Shown piece by piece: positions 25,601 to 42,347 of a stretch of DNA of 64,000 bases. Under the pieces are notes generated by a model. The model was not told the origin of the DNA, ran no database searches, and was given only the letters and a program-made list of their open reading frames with translations. The position numbers and the translations under genes were made by a program. Source of the DNA: Auanema rhodensis (taxonomy: Eukaryota; Animalia; Nematoda); NCBI GenBank assembly GCA_964057225.1, contig OZ059897.1:20646001-20710000 (forward strand). Reading direction: 5' to 3'. How positions within the stretch are numbered: position 1 is the stretch's first letter; each line of letters opens with the position of its first letter.

Positions 25601-28600
25601 TCAACATTGCTTCCAAAAACATTTTGACAAAAATTTTTTCGAAAAATTTCAAAATAATTTAGCAAAAAGTAGATGTTTTTAGATTCCTTTTTTCAAGGCA
25701 AAGACGATGGACAATGTTATTCAACGAAAAAATTAATTCTTCAGGGTGAAAATCGAGGATATAAGTGTAAACTTATATCAGTTGATATCTTGGTGCATTT
25801 TTAAGCTAGCGCAAATCTGATAACACAGATCGACGCAGCTTAAAAATCCGCATCGAATGCACTATACTACATTGAGAAACGCTTAATACAAAAATTAGTT
25901 ATGATCGTTTGAAAAATGATGCATTAGTGTATGTTGAGTTTCCATGTACACTCAACATTGCTTCCAAAAACATTTTGACAAAAATTTTTTCGAAAAATTT
26001 CAAAATAATTTAGCAAAAAGTAGATGTTTTTAGATTCCTTTTTTCAAGGCAAAGACGATGGACAATGTTATTTAACGAAAAAATTAATTCTTCAGGGTGA
26101 AAATCGAGGATATAAGTGTAAACTTATATCAGTTGATATCTCGGTACATTTTTAAGCTAGCGCAAATCTGATAACACAGATCGACGCAGCTTAAAAATCC
26201 GCATCGAATGCACTATACTACATTGAGAAACGCTTAATACAAAAATTAGTTATGATCGTTTGAAAAATGATGCATTAGTGTATGTTGAGTTTCCATGTAC
26301 ACTCAACATTGCTTCCAAAAACATTTTGACAAAAATTTTTTCGAAAAATTTCAGAATAATTTAGCAAAAAGTAGATGTTTTTAGATTCCTTTTTTCAAGG
26401 CAAAGACGATGGACAATGTTATTCAACGAAAAAATTAATTCTTCAGGGTGAAAATCGAGGATATAAGTGTAAACTTATATCAGTTGATATCTTGGTGCAT
26501 TTTTAAGCTAGCGCAAATCTGATAACACAGATCGACGCAGCTTAAAAATCCGCATCGAATGCACTATACTACATTGAGAAACGCTTAATACAAAAATTAG
26601 TTATGATCGTTTGAAAAATGATGCATTAGTGTATGTTGAGTTTCCATGTACACTCAACATTGCTTCCAAAAACATTTTGACAAAAATTTTTTCGAAAAAT
26701 TTCAAAATAATTTAGCAAAAAGTAGATGTTTTTAGATTCCTTTTTTCAAGGCAAAGACGATGGACAATGTTATTTAACGAAAAAATTAATTCTTCAGGGT
26801 GAAAATCGAGGATATAAGTGTAAACTTATATCAGTTGATATCTCGGTGCATTTTTAAGCTAGCGCAAATCTGATAACACAGATCGACACAGCTTAAAAAT
26901 CCGCATCGAATGCACTATACGACATTGAGAAACGCTTAATACAAAAATTAGTTATGATCGTTTGAAAAATGATGCATTAGTGTATGTTGAGTTTCCATGT
27001 ACACTCAACATTGCTTCCAAAAACATTTTGACAAAAATTTTTTCGAAAAATTTCAAAATAATTTAGCAAAAAGTAGATGTTTTTAGATTCCTTTTTTCAA
27101 GGCAAAGACGATGGACAATGTTATTCAACGAAAAAATTAATTCTTCAGGGTGAAAATCGAGGATATAAGTGTAAACTTATATCAGTTGATATCTTGGTGC
27201 ATTTTTAAGCTAGCGCAAATCTGATAACACAGATCGACGCAGCTTAAAAATCCGCATCGAATGCACTATACTACATTGAGAAACGCTTAATACAAAAATT
27301 AGTTATGATCGTTTGAAAAATGATGCATTAGTGTATGTTGAGTTTCCATGTACACTCAACATTGCTTCCAAAAACATTTTGACAAAAATTTTTTCGAAAA
27401 ATTTCAAAATAATTTAGCAAAAAGTAGATGTTTTTAGATTCCTTTTTTCAAGGCAAAGACGATGGACAATGTTATTTAACGAAAAAATTAATTCTTCAGG
27501 GTGAAAATCGAGGATATAAGTGTAAACTTATATCAGTTGATATCTCGGTACATTTTTAAGCTAGCGCAAATCTGATAACACAGATCGACGCAGCTTAAAA
27601 ATCCGCATCGAATGCACTATACTACATTGAGAAAAGCTTAATACAAAAATTAGTTATGATCGTTTGAAAAATGATGCATTAGTGTATGTTGAGTTTCCAT
27701 GTACACTCAACATTGCTTCCAAAAACATTTTGACAAAAATTTTTTCGAAAAATTTCAAAATAATTTAGCAAAAAGTAGATGTTTTTAGATTCCTTTTTTC
27801 AAGGCAAAGACGATGGACAATGTTATTCAACGAAAAAATTAATTCTTCAGGGTGAAAATCGAGGATATAAGTGTAAACTTATATCAGTTGATATCTTGGT
27901 GCATTTTTAAGCTAGCGCAAATCTGATAACACAGATCGACGCAGCTTAAAAATCCGCATCGAATGCACTATACTACATTGAGAAACGCTTAATACAAAAA
28001 TTAGTTATGATCGTTTGAAAAATGATGCATTAGTGTATGTTGAGTTTCCATGTACACTCAACATTGCTTCCAAAAACATTTTGACAAAAATTTTTTCGAA
28101 AAATTTCAAAATAATTTAGCAAAAAGTAGATGTTTTTAGATTCCTTTTTTCAAGGCAAAGACGATGGACAATGTTATTTAACGAAAAAATTAATTCTTCA
28201 GGGTGAAAATCGAGGATATAAGTGTAAACTTATATCAGTTGATATCTCGGTGCATTTTTAAGCTAGCGCAAATCTGATAACACAGATCGACACAGCTTAA
28301 AAATCCGCATCGAATGCACTATACGACATTGAGAAACGCTTAATACAAAAATTAGTTATGATCGTTTGAAAAATGATGCATTAGTGTATGTTGAGTTTCC
28401 ATGTACACTCAACATTGCTTCCAAAAACATTTTGACAAAAATTTTTTCGAAAAATTTCAAAATAATTTAGCAAAAAGTAGATGTTTTTAGATTCCTTTTT
28501 TCAAGGCAAAGACGATGGACAATGTTATTCAACGAAAAAATTAATTCTTCAGGGTGAAAATCGAGGATATAAGTGTGAACTTATATCAGTTGATATCTCG

Positions 28601-31600
28601 GTACATTTTTAAGCTAGCGCAAATCTGATAACACAGATCGACGCAGCTTAAAAATCCGCATCGAATGCACTATACTACATGGAAGAACGCTTAATACAAA
28701 AATTAGTTATGATCGTTTGGAAAATGATGCATTAGTGTATGTTGAGTTTCCATGTACACTCAACATTGCTTCCAAAAACATTTTGACAAAAATTTTTTCG
28801 AAAAATTTCAAAATAATTTAGCAAATAGTAGATGTTTTTAGATTCCTTTTTTCAAGGCAAAGACGATGGACAATGTTATTCCACGAAAAAATTATTTCTT
28901 CAGGGTGAAAATCGAGGATATATGTGTGAACTTATATCAGTTGATATCTCGGTGCATTTTTAAGCTAGCGCAAATCTGATAACACAGATCGACGCAGCTT
29001 AAAAATCCGCATCGAATGCACTATACTACATTGAGAAACGCTTAATACAAAAATTAGTTATGATCGTTTGAAAAATGATGCATTAGTGTATGTTGAGTTT
29101 CCATGTACACTCAACATTGCTTCCAAAAACATTTTGACAAAAATTTTTTCGAAAACTTTCAAAATAATTTAGCAAAAAGTAGATGTTTTTAGATTCCTTT
29201 TTTCAAGGCAAAGACGATGGACAATGTTATTCAACGAAAAAATTGATTCTTCAGGGTGAAAATCGAGGATATAAGTGTAAACTTATATCAGTTGATATCT
29301 TGGTGCATTTTTAAGCTAGCGCAAATCTGATAACACAGATCGACGCAGCTTAAAAATCCGCATCGAATGCACTATACTACATTGAGAAACGCTTAATACA
29401 AAAATTAGTTATGATCGTTTGAAAAATGATGCATTAGTGTATGTTGAGTTTCCATGTACACTCAACATTGCTTCCAAAAACATTTTGACAAAAATTTTTT
29501 CGAAAAATTTCAAAATAATTTAGCAAAAAGTAGATGTTTTTAGATTTCTTTTTTCAAGGCAAAGACGATGGACAATGTTATTTAACGAAAAAATTAATTC
29601 TTCAGGGTGAAAATCGAGGATATAAGTGTAAACTTATATCAGTTGATATCTCGGTGCATTTTTAAGCTAGCGCAAATCTGATAACACAGATCGACGCAGC
29701 TTAAAAATCCGCATCGAATGCACTATACTACATTGAGAAACGCTTAATACAAAAATTAGTTATGATCGTTTGAAAAATGATGCATTAGTGTATGTTGAGT
29801 TTCCATGTACACTCAACATTGCTTCCAAAAACATTTTGACAAAAATTTTTTCGAAAAATTTCAAAATAATTTAGCAAAAAGTAGATGTTTTTAGATTCCT
29901 TTTTTCAAGGCAAAGACGATGGACAATGTTATTCAACGAAAAAATTGATTCTTCAGGGTGAAAATCGAGGATATAAGTGTAAACTTATATCAGTTGATAT
30001 CTTGGTGCATTTTTAAGCTAGCGCAAATCTGATAACACAGATCGACGCAGCTTAAAAATCCGCATCGAATGCACTATACTACATTGAGAAACGCTTAATA
30101 CAAAAATTAGTTATGATCGTTTGAAAAATGATGCATTAGTGTATGTTGAGTTTCCATGTACACTCAACATTGCTTCCAAAAACATTTTGACAAAAATTTT
30201 TTCGAAAAATTTCAAAATAATTTAGCAAAAAGTAGATGTTTTTAGATTCCTTTTTTCAAGGCAAAGACGATGGACAATGTTATTCAACGAAAAAATTATT
30301 TCTTCAGGGTGAAAATCGAGGATATAAGTGTGAACTTATATCAGTTGATATCTCGGTGCATTTTTAAGCTAGCGCAAATCTGATAACACAGATCGACGCA
30401 GCTTAAAAATCCGCATCGAATGCACTATACTACATTGAGAAACGCTTAATACAAAAATTAGTTATGATCGTTTGAAAAATGATGCATTAGTGTATGTTGA
30501 GTTTCCATGTACACTCAACATTGCTTCCAAAAACATTTTGACAAAAATTTTTTCGAAAAATTTCAAAATAATTTAGCAAAAAGTAGATGTTTTTAGATTC
30601 CTTTTTTCAAGGCAAAGACGATGGACAATGTTATTCAACGAAAAAATTAATTCTTCAGGGTGAAAATCGAGGATATAAGTGTAAACTTATATCAGTTGAT
30701 ATCTTGGTGCATTTTTAAGCTAGCGCAAATCTGATAACACAGATCGACGCAGCTTAAAAATCCGCATCGAATGCACTATACTACATGGAAGAACGCTTAA
30801 TACAAAAATTAGTTATGATCGTTTGGAAAATGATGCATTAGTGTATGTTGAGTTTCCATGTACACTCAACATTGCTTCCAAAAACATTTTGACAAAAATT
30901 TTTTCGAAAAATTTCAAAATAATTTAGCAAAAAGTAGATGTTTTTAGATTCCTTTTTTCAAGGCAAAGACGATGGACAATGTTATTCAACGAAAAAATTG
31001 ATTCTTCAGGGTGAAAATCGAGGATATAAGTGTAAACTTATATCAGTTGATATCTTGGTGCATTTTTAAGCTAGCGCAAATCTGATAACACAGATCGACG
31101 CAGCTTAAAAATCCGCATCGAATGCACTATACTACATTGAGAAACGCTTAATACAAAAATTAGTTATGATCGTTTGAAAAATGATGCATTAGTGTATGTT
31201 GAGTTTCCATGTACACTCAACATTGCTTCCAAAAACATTTTGACAAAAATTTTTTCGAAAAATTTCAAAATAATTTAGCAAAAAGTAGATGTTTTTAGAT
31301 TTCTTTTTTCAAGGCAAAGACGATGGACAATGTTATTTAACGAAAAAATTAATTCTTCAGGGTGAAAATCGAGGATATAAGTGTAAACTTATATCAGTTG
31401 ATATCTCGGTGCATTTTTAAGCTAGCGCAAATCTGATAACACAGATCGACGCAGCTTAAAAATCCGCATCGAATGCACTATACTACATGGAAGAACGCTT
31501 AATACAAAAATTAGTTATGATCGTTTGGAAAATGATGCATTAGTGTATGTTGAGTTTCCATGTACACTCAACATTGCTTCCAAAAACATTTTGACAAAAA

Positions 31601-34600
31601 TTTTTTCGAAAAATTTCAAAATAATTTAGCAAAAAGTAGATGTTTTTAGATTCCTTTTTTCAGGGCAAAGACGATGGACAATGTTATTCAACGAAAAAAT
31701 TATTTCTTCAGGGTGAAAATCGAGGATATAAGTGTGAACTTATATCAGTTGATATCTCGGTGCATTTTTAAGCTAGCGCAAATCTGATAACACAGATCGA
31801 CGCAGCTTAAAAATCCGCATCGAATGCACTATACTACATTGAGAAACGCTTAATACAAAAATTAGTTATGATCGTTTGAAAAATGATGCATTAGTGTATG
31901 TTGAGTTTCCATGTACACTCAACATTGCTTCCAAAAACATTTTGACAAAAATTTTTTCGAAAAATTTCAAAATAATTTAGCAAAAAGTAGATGTTTTTAG
32001 ATTCCTTTTTTCAAGGCAAAGACGATGGACAATGTTATTCAACGAAAAAATTAATTCTTCAGGGTGAAAATCGAGGATATAAGTGTAAACTTATATCAGT
32101 TGATATCTTGGTGCATTTTTAAGCTAGCGCAAATCTGATAACACAGATCGACGCAGCTTAAAAATCCGCATCGAATGCACTATACTACATTGAGAAACGC
32201 TTAATACAAAAATTAGTTATGATCGTTTGAAAAATGATGCATTAGTGTATGTTGAGTTTCCATGTACACTCAACATTGCTTCCAAAAACATTTTGACAAA
32301 AATTTTTTCGAAAAATTTCAAAATAATTTAGCAAAAAGTAGATGTTTTTAGATTCCTTCTTTCAAGGCAAAGACGATGGACAATGTTATTCAACAAAAAA
32401 ATTAATTCTTCAGGGTGAAAATCGAGGATATAAGTGTGAACTTATATCAGTTGATATCTCGGTACATTTTTAAGCTAGCGCAAATCTGATAACACAGATC
32501 GACGCAGCTTAAAAATCCGCATCGAATGCACTATACTACATTGAGAAACGCTTAATACAAAAATTAGTTATGATCGTTTGAAAAATGATGCATTAGTGTA
32601 TGTTGAGTTTCCATGTACACTCAACATTGCTTCCAAAAACATTTTGACAAAAATTTTTTCGAAAAATTTCAAAATAATTTAGCAAAAAGTAGATGTTTTT
32701 AGATTCCTTTTTTCAAGGCAAAGACGATGGACAATGTTATTTAACGAAAAAATTAATTCTTCAGGGTGAAAATCGAGGATATAAGTGTAAACTTATATCA
32801 GTTGATATCTCGGTACATTTTTAAGCTAGCGCAAATCTGATAACACAGATCGACGCAGCTTAAAAATCCGCATCGAATGCACTATACTACATTGAGAAAC
32901 GCTTAATACAAAAATTAGTTATGATCGTTTGAAAAATGATGCATTAGTGTATGTTGAGTTTCCATGTACACTCAACATTGCTTCCAAAAACATTTTGACA
33001 AAAATTTTTTCGAAAAATTTCAAAATAATTTAGCAAAAAGTAGATGTTTTTAGATTCCTTTTTTCAAGGCAAAGACGATGGACAATGTTATTCAACGAAA
33101 AAATTAATTCTTCAGGGTGAAAATCGAGGATATAAGTGTAAACTTATATCAGTTGATATCTTGGTGCATTTTTAAGCTAGCGCAAATCTGATAACACAGA
33201 TCGACGCAGCTTAAAAATCCGCATCGAATGCACTATACTACATTGAGAAACGCTTAATACAAAAATTAGTTATGATCGTTTGAAAAATGATGCATTAGTG
33301 TATGTTGAGTTTCCATGTACACTCAACATTGCTTCCAAAAACATTTTGACAAAAATGTTTTCGAAAAATTTCAAAATAATTTAGCAAAAAGTAGATGTTT
33401 TTAGATTCCTTTTTTCAAGGCAAAGACGATGGACAATGTTATTTAACGAAAAAATTAATTCTTCAGGGTGAAAATCGAGGATATAAGTGTAAACTTATAT
33501 CAGTTGATATCTCGGTGCATTTTTAAGCTAGCGCAAATCTGATAACACAGATCGACACAGCTTAAAAATCCGCATCGAATGCACTATACGACATTGAGAA
33601 ACGCTTAATACAAAAATTAGTTATGATCGTTTGAAAAATGATGCATTAGTGTATGTTGAGTTTCCATGTACACTCAACATTGCTTCCAAAAACATTTTGA
33701 CAAAAATTTTTTCGAAAAATTTCAAAATAATTTAGCAAAAAGTAGATGTTTTTAGATTCCTTTTTTCAAGGCAAAGACGATGGACAATGTTATTCAACGA
33801 AAAAATTAATTCTTCAGGGTGAAAATCGAGGATATAAGTGTGAACTTATATCAGTTGATATCTCGGTACATTTTTAAGCTAGCGCAAATCTGATAACACA
33901 GATCGACGCAGCTTAAAAATCCGCATCGAATGCACTATACTACATGGAAGAACGCTTAATACAAAAATTAGTTATGATCGTTTGGAAAATGATGCATTAG
34001 TGTATGTTGAGTTTCCATGTACACTCAACATTGCTTCCAAAAACATTTTGACAAAAATTTTTTCGAAAAATTTCAAAATAATTTAGCAAAAAGTAGATGT
34101 TTTTAGATTCCTTTTTTCAAGGCAAAGACGATGGACAATGTTATTCCACGAAAAAATTATTTCTTCAGGGTGAAAATCGAGGATATAAGTGTGAACTTAT
34201 ATCAGTTGATATCTCGGTGCATTTTTAAGCTAGCGCAAATCTGATAACACAGATCGACGCAGCTTAAAAATCCGCATCGAATGCACTATACTACATTGAG
34301 AAACGCTTAATACAAAAATTAGTTATGATCGTTTGAAAAATGATGCATTAGTGTATGTTGAGTTTCCATGTACACTCAACATTGCTTCCAAAAACATTTT
34401 GACAAAAATTTTTTCGAAAAATTTCAAAATAATTTAGCAAAAAGTAGATGTTTTTAGATTCCTTTTTTCAAGGCAAAGACGATGGACAATGTTATTCAAC
34501 GAAAAAATTGATTCTTCAGGGTGAAAATCGAGGATATAAGTGTAAACTTATATCAGTTGATATCTTGGTGCATTTTTAAGCTAGCGCAAATCTGATAACA

Positions 34601-37600
34601 CAGATCGACGCAGCTTAAAAATCCGCATCGAATGCACTATACTACATTGAGAAACGCTTAATACAAAAATTAGTTATGATCGTTTGAAAAATGATGCATT
34701 AGTGTATGTTGAGTTTCCATGTACACTCAACATTGCTTCCAAAAACATTTTGACAAAAATTTTTTCGAAAAATTTCAAAATAATTTAGCAAAAAGTAGAT
34801 GTTTTTAGATTTCTTTTTTCAAGGCAAAGACGATGGACAATGTTATTTAACGAAAAAATTAATTCTTCAGGGTGAAAATCGAGGATATAAGTGTAAACTT
34901 ATATCAGTTGATATCTCGGTGCATTTTTAAGCTAGCGCAAATCTGATAACACAGATCGACGCAGCTTAAAAATCCGCATCGAATGCACTATACTACATGG
35001 AAGAACGCTTAATACAAAAATTAGTTATGATCGTTTGGAAAATGATGCATTAGTGTATGTTGAGTTTCCATGTACACTCAACATTGCTTCCAAAAACATT
35101 TTGACAAAAATTTTTTCGAAAAATTTCAAAATAATTTAGCAAAAAGTAGATGTTTTTAGATTCCTTTTTTCAAGGCAAAGACGATGGACAATGTTATTCA
35201 ACGAAAAAATTATTTCTTCAGGGTGAAAATCGAGGATATAAGTGTGAACTTATATCAGTTGATATCTCGGTGCATTTTTAAGCTAGCGCAAATCTGATAA
35301 CACAGATCGACGCAGCTTAAAAATCCGCATCGAATGCACTATACTACATTGAGAAACGCTTAATACAAAAATTAGTTATGATCGTTTGAAAAATGATGCA
35401 TTAGTGTATGTTGAGTTTCCATGTACACTCAACATTGCTTCCAAAAACATTTTGACAAAAATTTTTTCGAAAAATTTCAAAATAATTTAGCAAAAAGTAG
35501 ATGTTTTTAGATTCCTTTTTTCAAGGCAAAGACGATGGACAATGTTATTTAACGAAAAAATTAATTCTTCAGGGTGAAAATCGAGGATATAAGTGTAAAC
35601 TTATATCAGTTGATATCTCGGTACATTTTTAAGCTAGCGCAAATCTGATAACACAGATCGACGCAGCTTAAAAATCCGCATCGAATGCACTATACTACAT
35701 TGAAAAACGCTTAATACAAAAATTAGTTATGATCGTTTGAAAAATGATGCATTAGTGTATGTTGAGTTTCCATGTACACTCAACATTGCTTCCAAAAACA
35801 TTTTGACAAAAATTTTTTCGAAAAATTTCAAAATAATTTAGCAAAAAGTAGATGTTTTTAGATTCCTTTTTTCAAGGCAAAGACGATGGACAATGTTATT
35901 CAACGAAAAAATTAATTCTTCAGGGTGAAAATCGAGGATATAAGTGTAAACTTATATCAGTTGATATCTTGGTGCATTTTTAAGCTAGCGCAAATCTGAT
36001 AACACAGATCGACGCAGCTTAAAAATCCGCATCGAATGCACTATACTACATTGAGAAACGCTTAATACAAAAATTAGTTATGATCGTTTGAAAAATGATG
36101 CATTAGTGTATGTTGAGTTTCCATGTACACTCAACATTGCTTCCAAAAACATTTTGACAAAAATTTTTTCGAAAAATTTCAAAATAATTTAGCAAAAAGT
36201 AGATGTTTTTAGATTCCTTTTTTCAAGGCAAAGACGATGGACAATGTTATTTAACGAAAAAATTAATTCTTCAGGGTGAAAATCGAGGATATAAGTGTAA
36301 ACTTATATCAGTTGATATCTCGGTGCATTTTTAAGCTAGCGCAAATCTGATAACACAGATCGACACAGCTTAAAAATCCGCATCGAATGCACTATACGAC
36401 ATTGAGAAACGCTCAATACAAAAATTAGTTATGATCGTTTGAAAAATGATGCATTAGTGTATGTTGAGTTTCCATGTACACTCAACATTGCTTCCAAAAA
36501 CATTTTGACAAAAATTTTTTCGAAAAATTTCAAAATAATTTAGCAAAAAGTAGATGTTTTTAGATTCCTTTTTTCAAGGCAAAGACGATGGACAATGTTA
36601 TTCAACGAAAAAATTAATTCTTCAGGGTGAAAATCGAGGATATAAGTGTAAACTTATATCAGTTGATATCTTGGTGCATTTTTAAGCTAGCGCAAATCTG
36701 ATAACACAGATCGACGCAGCTTAAAAATCCGCATCGAATGCACTATACTACATTGAGAAACGCTTAATACAAAATCTAGTTATGATCGTTTGAAAAATGA
36801 TGCATTAGTGTATGTTGAGTTTCCATGTACACTCAACATTGCTTCCAAAAACATTTTGACAAAAATTTTTTCGAAAAATTTCAAAATAATTTAGCAAAAA
36901 GTAGATGTTTTTAGATTCCTTTTTTCAAGGCAAAGACGATGGACAATGTTATTTAACGAAAAAATTAATTCTTTAGGGTGAAAATCGAGGATATAAGTGT
37001 AAACTTATATCAGTTGATATCTCGGTACATTTTTAAGCTAGCGCAAATCTGATAACACAGATCGACGCAGCTTAAAAATCCGCATCGAATGCACTATACT
37101 ACATTGAGAAACGCTTAATACAAAAATTAGTTATGATCGTTTGAAAAATGATGCATTAGTGTATGTTGAGTTTCCATGTACACTCAACATTGCTTCCAAA
37201 AACATTTTGACAAAAATTTTTTCGAAAAATTTCAAAATAATTTAGCAAAAAGTAGATGTTTTTAGATTCCTTTTTTCAAGGCAAAGACGATGGACAATGT
37301 TATTCAACGAAAAAATTATTTCTTCAGGGTGAAAATCGAGGATATAAGTGTGAACTTATATCAGTTGATATCTCGGTGCATTTTTAAGCTAGCGCAAATC
37401 TGATAACACAGATCGACGCAGCTTAAAAATCCGCATCGAATGCACTATACTACATTGAGAAACGCTTAATACAAAAATTAGTTATGATCGTTTGAAAAAT
37501 GATGCATTAGTGTATGTTGAGTTTCCATGTACACTCAACATTGCTTCCAAAAACATTTTGACAAAAATTTTTTCGAAAAATTTCAAAATAATTTAGCAAA

Positions 37601-40600
37601 AAGTAGATGTTTTTAGATTCCTTTTTTCAAGGCAAAGACGATGGACAATGTTATTTAACGAAAAAATTAATTCTTCAGGGTGAAAATCGAGGATATAAGT
37701 GTAAACTTATATCAGTTGATATCTCGGTACATTTTTAAGCTAGCGCAAATCTGATAACACAGATCGACGCAGCTTAAAAATCCGCATCGAATGCACTATA
37801 CTACATTGAGAAACGCTTAATACAAAAATTAGTTATGATCGTTTGAAAAATGATGCATTAGTGTATGTTGAGTTTCCATGTACACTCAACATTGCTTCCA
37901 AAAACATTTTGACAAAAATTTTTTCGAAAAATTTCAAAATAATTTAGCAAAAAGTAGATGTTTTTAGATTCCTTTTTTCAAGGCAAAGACGATGGACAAT
38001 GTTATTCAACGAAAAAATTAATTCTTCAGGGTGAAAATCGAGGATATAAGTGTAAACTTATATCAGTTGATATCTTGGTGCATTTTTAAGCTAGCGCAAA
38101 TCTGATAACACAGATCGACGCAGCTTAAAAATCCGCATCGAATGCACTATACTACATTGAGAAACGCTTAATACAAAAATTAGTTATGATCGTTTGAAAA
38201 ATGATGCATTAGTGTATGTTGAGTTTCCATGTACACTCAACATTGCTTCCAAAAACATTTTGACAAAAATTTTTTCGAAAAATTTCAAAATAATTTAGCA
38301 AAAAGTAGATGTTTTTAGATTCCTTTTTTCAAGGCAAAGACGATGGACAATGTTACTTAACGAAAAAATTAATTCTTCAGGGTGAAAATCGAGGATATAA
38401 GTGTAAACTTATATCAGTTGATATCTCGGTGCATTTTTAAGCTAGCGCAAATCTGATAACACAGATCGACACAGCTTAAAAATCCGCATCGAATGCACTA
38501 TACGACATTGAGAAACGCTTAATACAAAAATTAGTTATGATCGTTTGAAAAATGATGCATTAGTGTATGTTGAGTTTCCATGTACACTCAACATTGCTTC
38601 CAAAAACATTTTGACAAAAATTTTTTCGAAAAATTTCAAAATAATTTAGCAAAAAGTAGATGTTTTTAGATTCCTTTTTTCAAGGCAAAGACGATGGACA
38701 ATGTTATTCAACGAAAAAATTAATTCTTCAGGGTGAAAATCGAGGATATAAGTGTGAACTTATATCAGTTGATATCTCGGTACATTTTTAAGCTAGCGCA
38801 AATCTGATAACACAGATCGACGCAGCTTAAAAATCCGCATTGAATGCACTATACTACATGGAAGAACGCTTAATACAAAAATTAGTTATGATCGTTTGGA
38901 AAATGATGCATTAGTGTATGTTGAGTTTCCATGTACACTCAACATTGCTTCCAAAAACATTTTGACAAAAATTTTTTCGAAAAATTTCAAAATAATTTAG
39001 CAAAAAGTAGATGTTTTTAGATTCCTTTTTTCAAGGCAAAGACGATGGACAATGTTATTCAACGAAAAAATTGATTCTTCAGGGTGAAAATCGAGGATAT
39101 AAGTGTAAACTTATATCAGTTGATATCTTGGTGCATTTTTAAGCTAGCGCAAATCTGATAACACAGATCGACGCAGCTTAAAAATCCGCATCGAATGCAC
39201 TATACTACATTGAGAAACGCTTAATACAAAAATTAGTTATGATCGTTTGAAAAATGATGCATTAGTGTATGTTGAGTTTCCATGTACACTCAACATTGCT
39301 TCCAAAAACATTTTGACAAAAATTTTTTCGAAAAATTTCAAAATAATTTAGCAAAAAGTAGATGTTTTTAGATTTCTTTTTTCAAGGCAAAGACGATGGA
39401 CAATGTTATTTAACGAAAAAATTAATTCTTCAGGGTGAAAATCGAGGATATAAGTGTAAACTTATATCAGTTGATATCTCGGTGCATTTTTAAGCTAGCG
39501 CAAATCTGATAACACAGATCGACGCAGCTTAAAAATCCGCATCGAATGCACTATACTACATGGAAGAACGCTTAATACAAAAATTAGTTATGATCGTTTG
39601 GAAAATGATGCATTAGTGTATGTTGAGTTTCCATGTACACTCAACATTGCTTCCAAAAACATTTTGACAAAAATTTTTTCGAAAAATTTCAAAATAATTT
39701 AGCAAAAAGTAGATGTTTTTAGATTCCTTTTTTCAAGGCAAAGACGTTGGACAATGTTATTCAACGAAAAAATTATTTCTTCAGGGTGAAAATCGAGGAT
39801 ATAAGTGTGAACTTACATCAGTTGATATCTCGGTGCATTTTTAAGCTAGCGCAAATCTGATAACACAGATCGACGCAGCTTAAAAATCCGCATCGAATGC
39901 ACTATACTACATTGAGAAACGCTTAATACAAAAATTAGTTATGATCGTTTGAAAAATGATGCATTAGTGTATGTTGAGTTTCCATGTACACTCAACATTG
40001 CTTCCGAAAACATTTTGACAAAAATTTTTTCGAAAAATTTCAAAATAATTTAGCGAAAAGTAGATGTTTTTAGATTCCTTTTTTCAAGGCAAAGACGATG
40101 GACAATGTTATTCAACGAAAAAATTAATTCTTCAGGGTGAAAATCGAGGATATAAGTGTAAACTTATATCAGTTGATATCTCGGTGCATTTTTAAGCTAG
40201 CGCAAATCTGATAACACAGATCGACGCAGCTTAAAAATCCGCATCGAATGCACTATACTACATTGAGAAACGCTTAATACAAAAATTAGTTATGATCGTT
40301 TGAAAAATGATGCATTAGTGTATGTTGAGTTTCCATGTACACTCAACATTGCTTCCAAAAACATTTTGACAAAAATTTTTTCGAAAAATTTCAAAATAAT
40401 TTAGCAAAAAGTAGATGTTTTTAGATTCATTTTTTCAAGGCAAAGACGATGGACAATGTTATTCAACGAAAAAATTGATTCTTCAGGGTGAAAATCGAGG
40501 ATATAAGTGTAAACTTATATCAGTTGATATCTTGGTGCATTTTTAAGCTAGCGCAAATCTGATAACACAGATCGACGCAGCTTAAAAATCCGCATCGAAT

Positions 40601-42347
40601 GCACTATACTACATTGAGAAACGCTTAATACAAAAATTAGTTATGATCGTTTGAAAAATGATGCATTAGTGTATGTTGAGTTTCCATGTACACTCAACAT
40701 TGCTTCCAAAAACATTTTGACAAAAATTTTTTCGAAAAATTTCAAAATAATTTAGCAAAAAGTAGATGTTTTTAGATTTCTTTTTTCAAGGCAAAGACGA
40801 TGGACAATGTTATTTAACGAAAAAATTAATTCTTCAGGGTGAAAATCGAGGATATAAGTGTAAACTTATATCAGTTGATATCTCGGTGCATTTTTAAGCT
40901 AGCGCAAATCTGATAACACAGATCGACGCAGCTTAAAAATCCGCATCGAATGCACTATACTACATGGAAGAACGCTTAATACAAAAATTAGTTATGATCG
41001 TTTGGAAAATGATGCATTAGTGTATGTTGAGTTTCCATGTACACTCAACATTGCTTCCAAAAACATTTTGACAAAAATTTTTTCGAAAAATTTCAAAATA
41101 ATTTAGCAAAAAGTAGATGTTTTTAGATTCCTTTTTTCAAGGCAAAGACGTTGGACAATGTTATTCAACGAAAAAATTATTTCTTCAGGGTGAAAATCGA
41201 GGATATAAGTGTGAACTTATATCAGTTGATATCTCGGTGCAGTTTTAAGCTAGCGCAAATCTGATAACACAGATCGACGCAGCTTAAAAATCCGCATCGA
41301 ATGCACTATACTACATTGAGAAACGCTTAATACAAAAATTAGTTATGATCGTTTGAAAAATGATGCATTAGTGTATGTTGAGTTTCCATGTACACTCAAC
41401 ATTGCTTCCGAAAACATTTTGACAAAAATTTTTTCGAAAAATTTCAAAATAATTTAGCAAAAAGTAGATGTTTTTAGATTCCTTTTTTCAAGGCAAAGAC
41501 GATGGACAATGTTATTCAACGAAAAAATTAATTCTTCAGGGTGAAAATCGAGGATATAAGTGTAAACTTATATCAGTTGATATCTCGGTGCATTTTTAAG
41601 CTAGCGCAAATCTGATAACACAGATCGACGCAGCTTAAAAATCCGCATCGAATGCACTATACTACATTGAGAAACGCTTAATACAAAAATTAGTTATGAT
41701 CGTTTGAAAAATGATGCATTAGTGTATGTTGAGTTTCCATGTACACTCAACATTGCTTCCAAAAACATTTTGACAAAAATTTTTTCGAAAAATTTCAAGA
41801 TAATTTAGCAAAAAGTAGATGTTTTTAGATTCCTTTTTTCAAGGCAAAGACAATGGACCATATTATTCAACGAAAAAATTAATTCTTCAGGGTGAAAATC
41901 GAGGATATAAGTGTAAACTTATATCAGTTGATATCTCGGTGCATTTTTAAGCTAGCGCAAATCTGATAACACAGATCGACGCAGCTTAAAAATCCGCATC
42001 GAATGCACTATACTACATTGAGAAACGCTTAATACAAAAATTAGTTATGATCGTTTGAAAAATGATGCATTAGTGTATGTTGAGTTTCCATGTACACTCA
42101 ACATTGCTTCCAAAAACATTTTGACAAAAATTTTTTCGAAAAATTTCAAAATAATTTAGCAAAAAGTAGATGTTTTTAGATTCCTTTTTTCAAGGCAAAG
42201 ACAATGGACCATGTTATTCAACAAAAAAATTAATTCTTCAGGGTGAAAATCGAGGATATAAGTGTGAACTTATATCAGTTGATATCTCGGTGCATTTTTA
42301 AGCTAGCGCAAATCTGATAACACAGATCGACGCAGCTCAAAAATCCG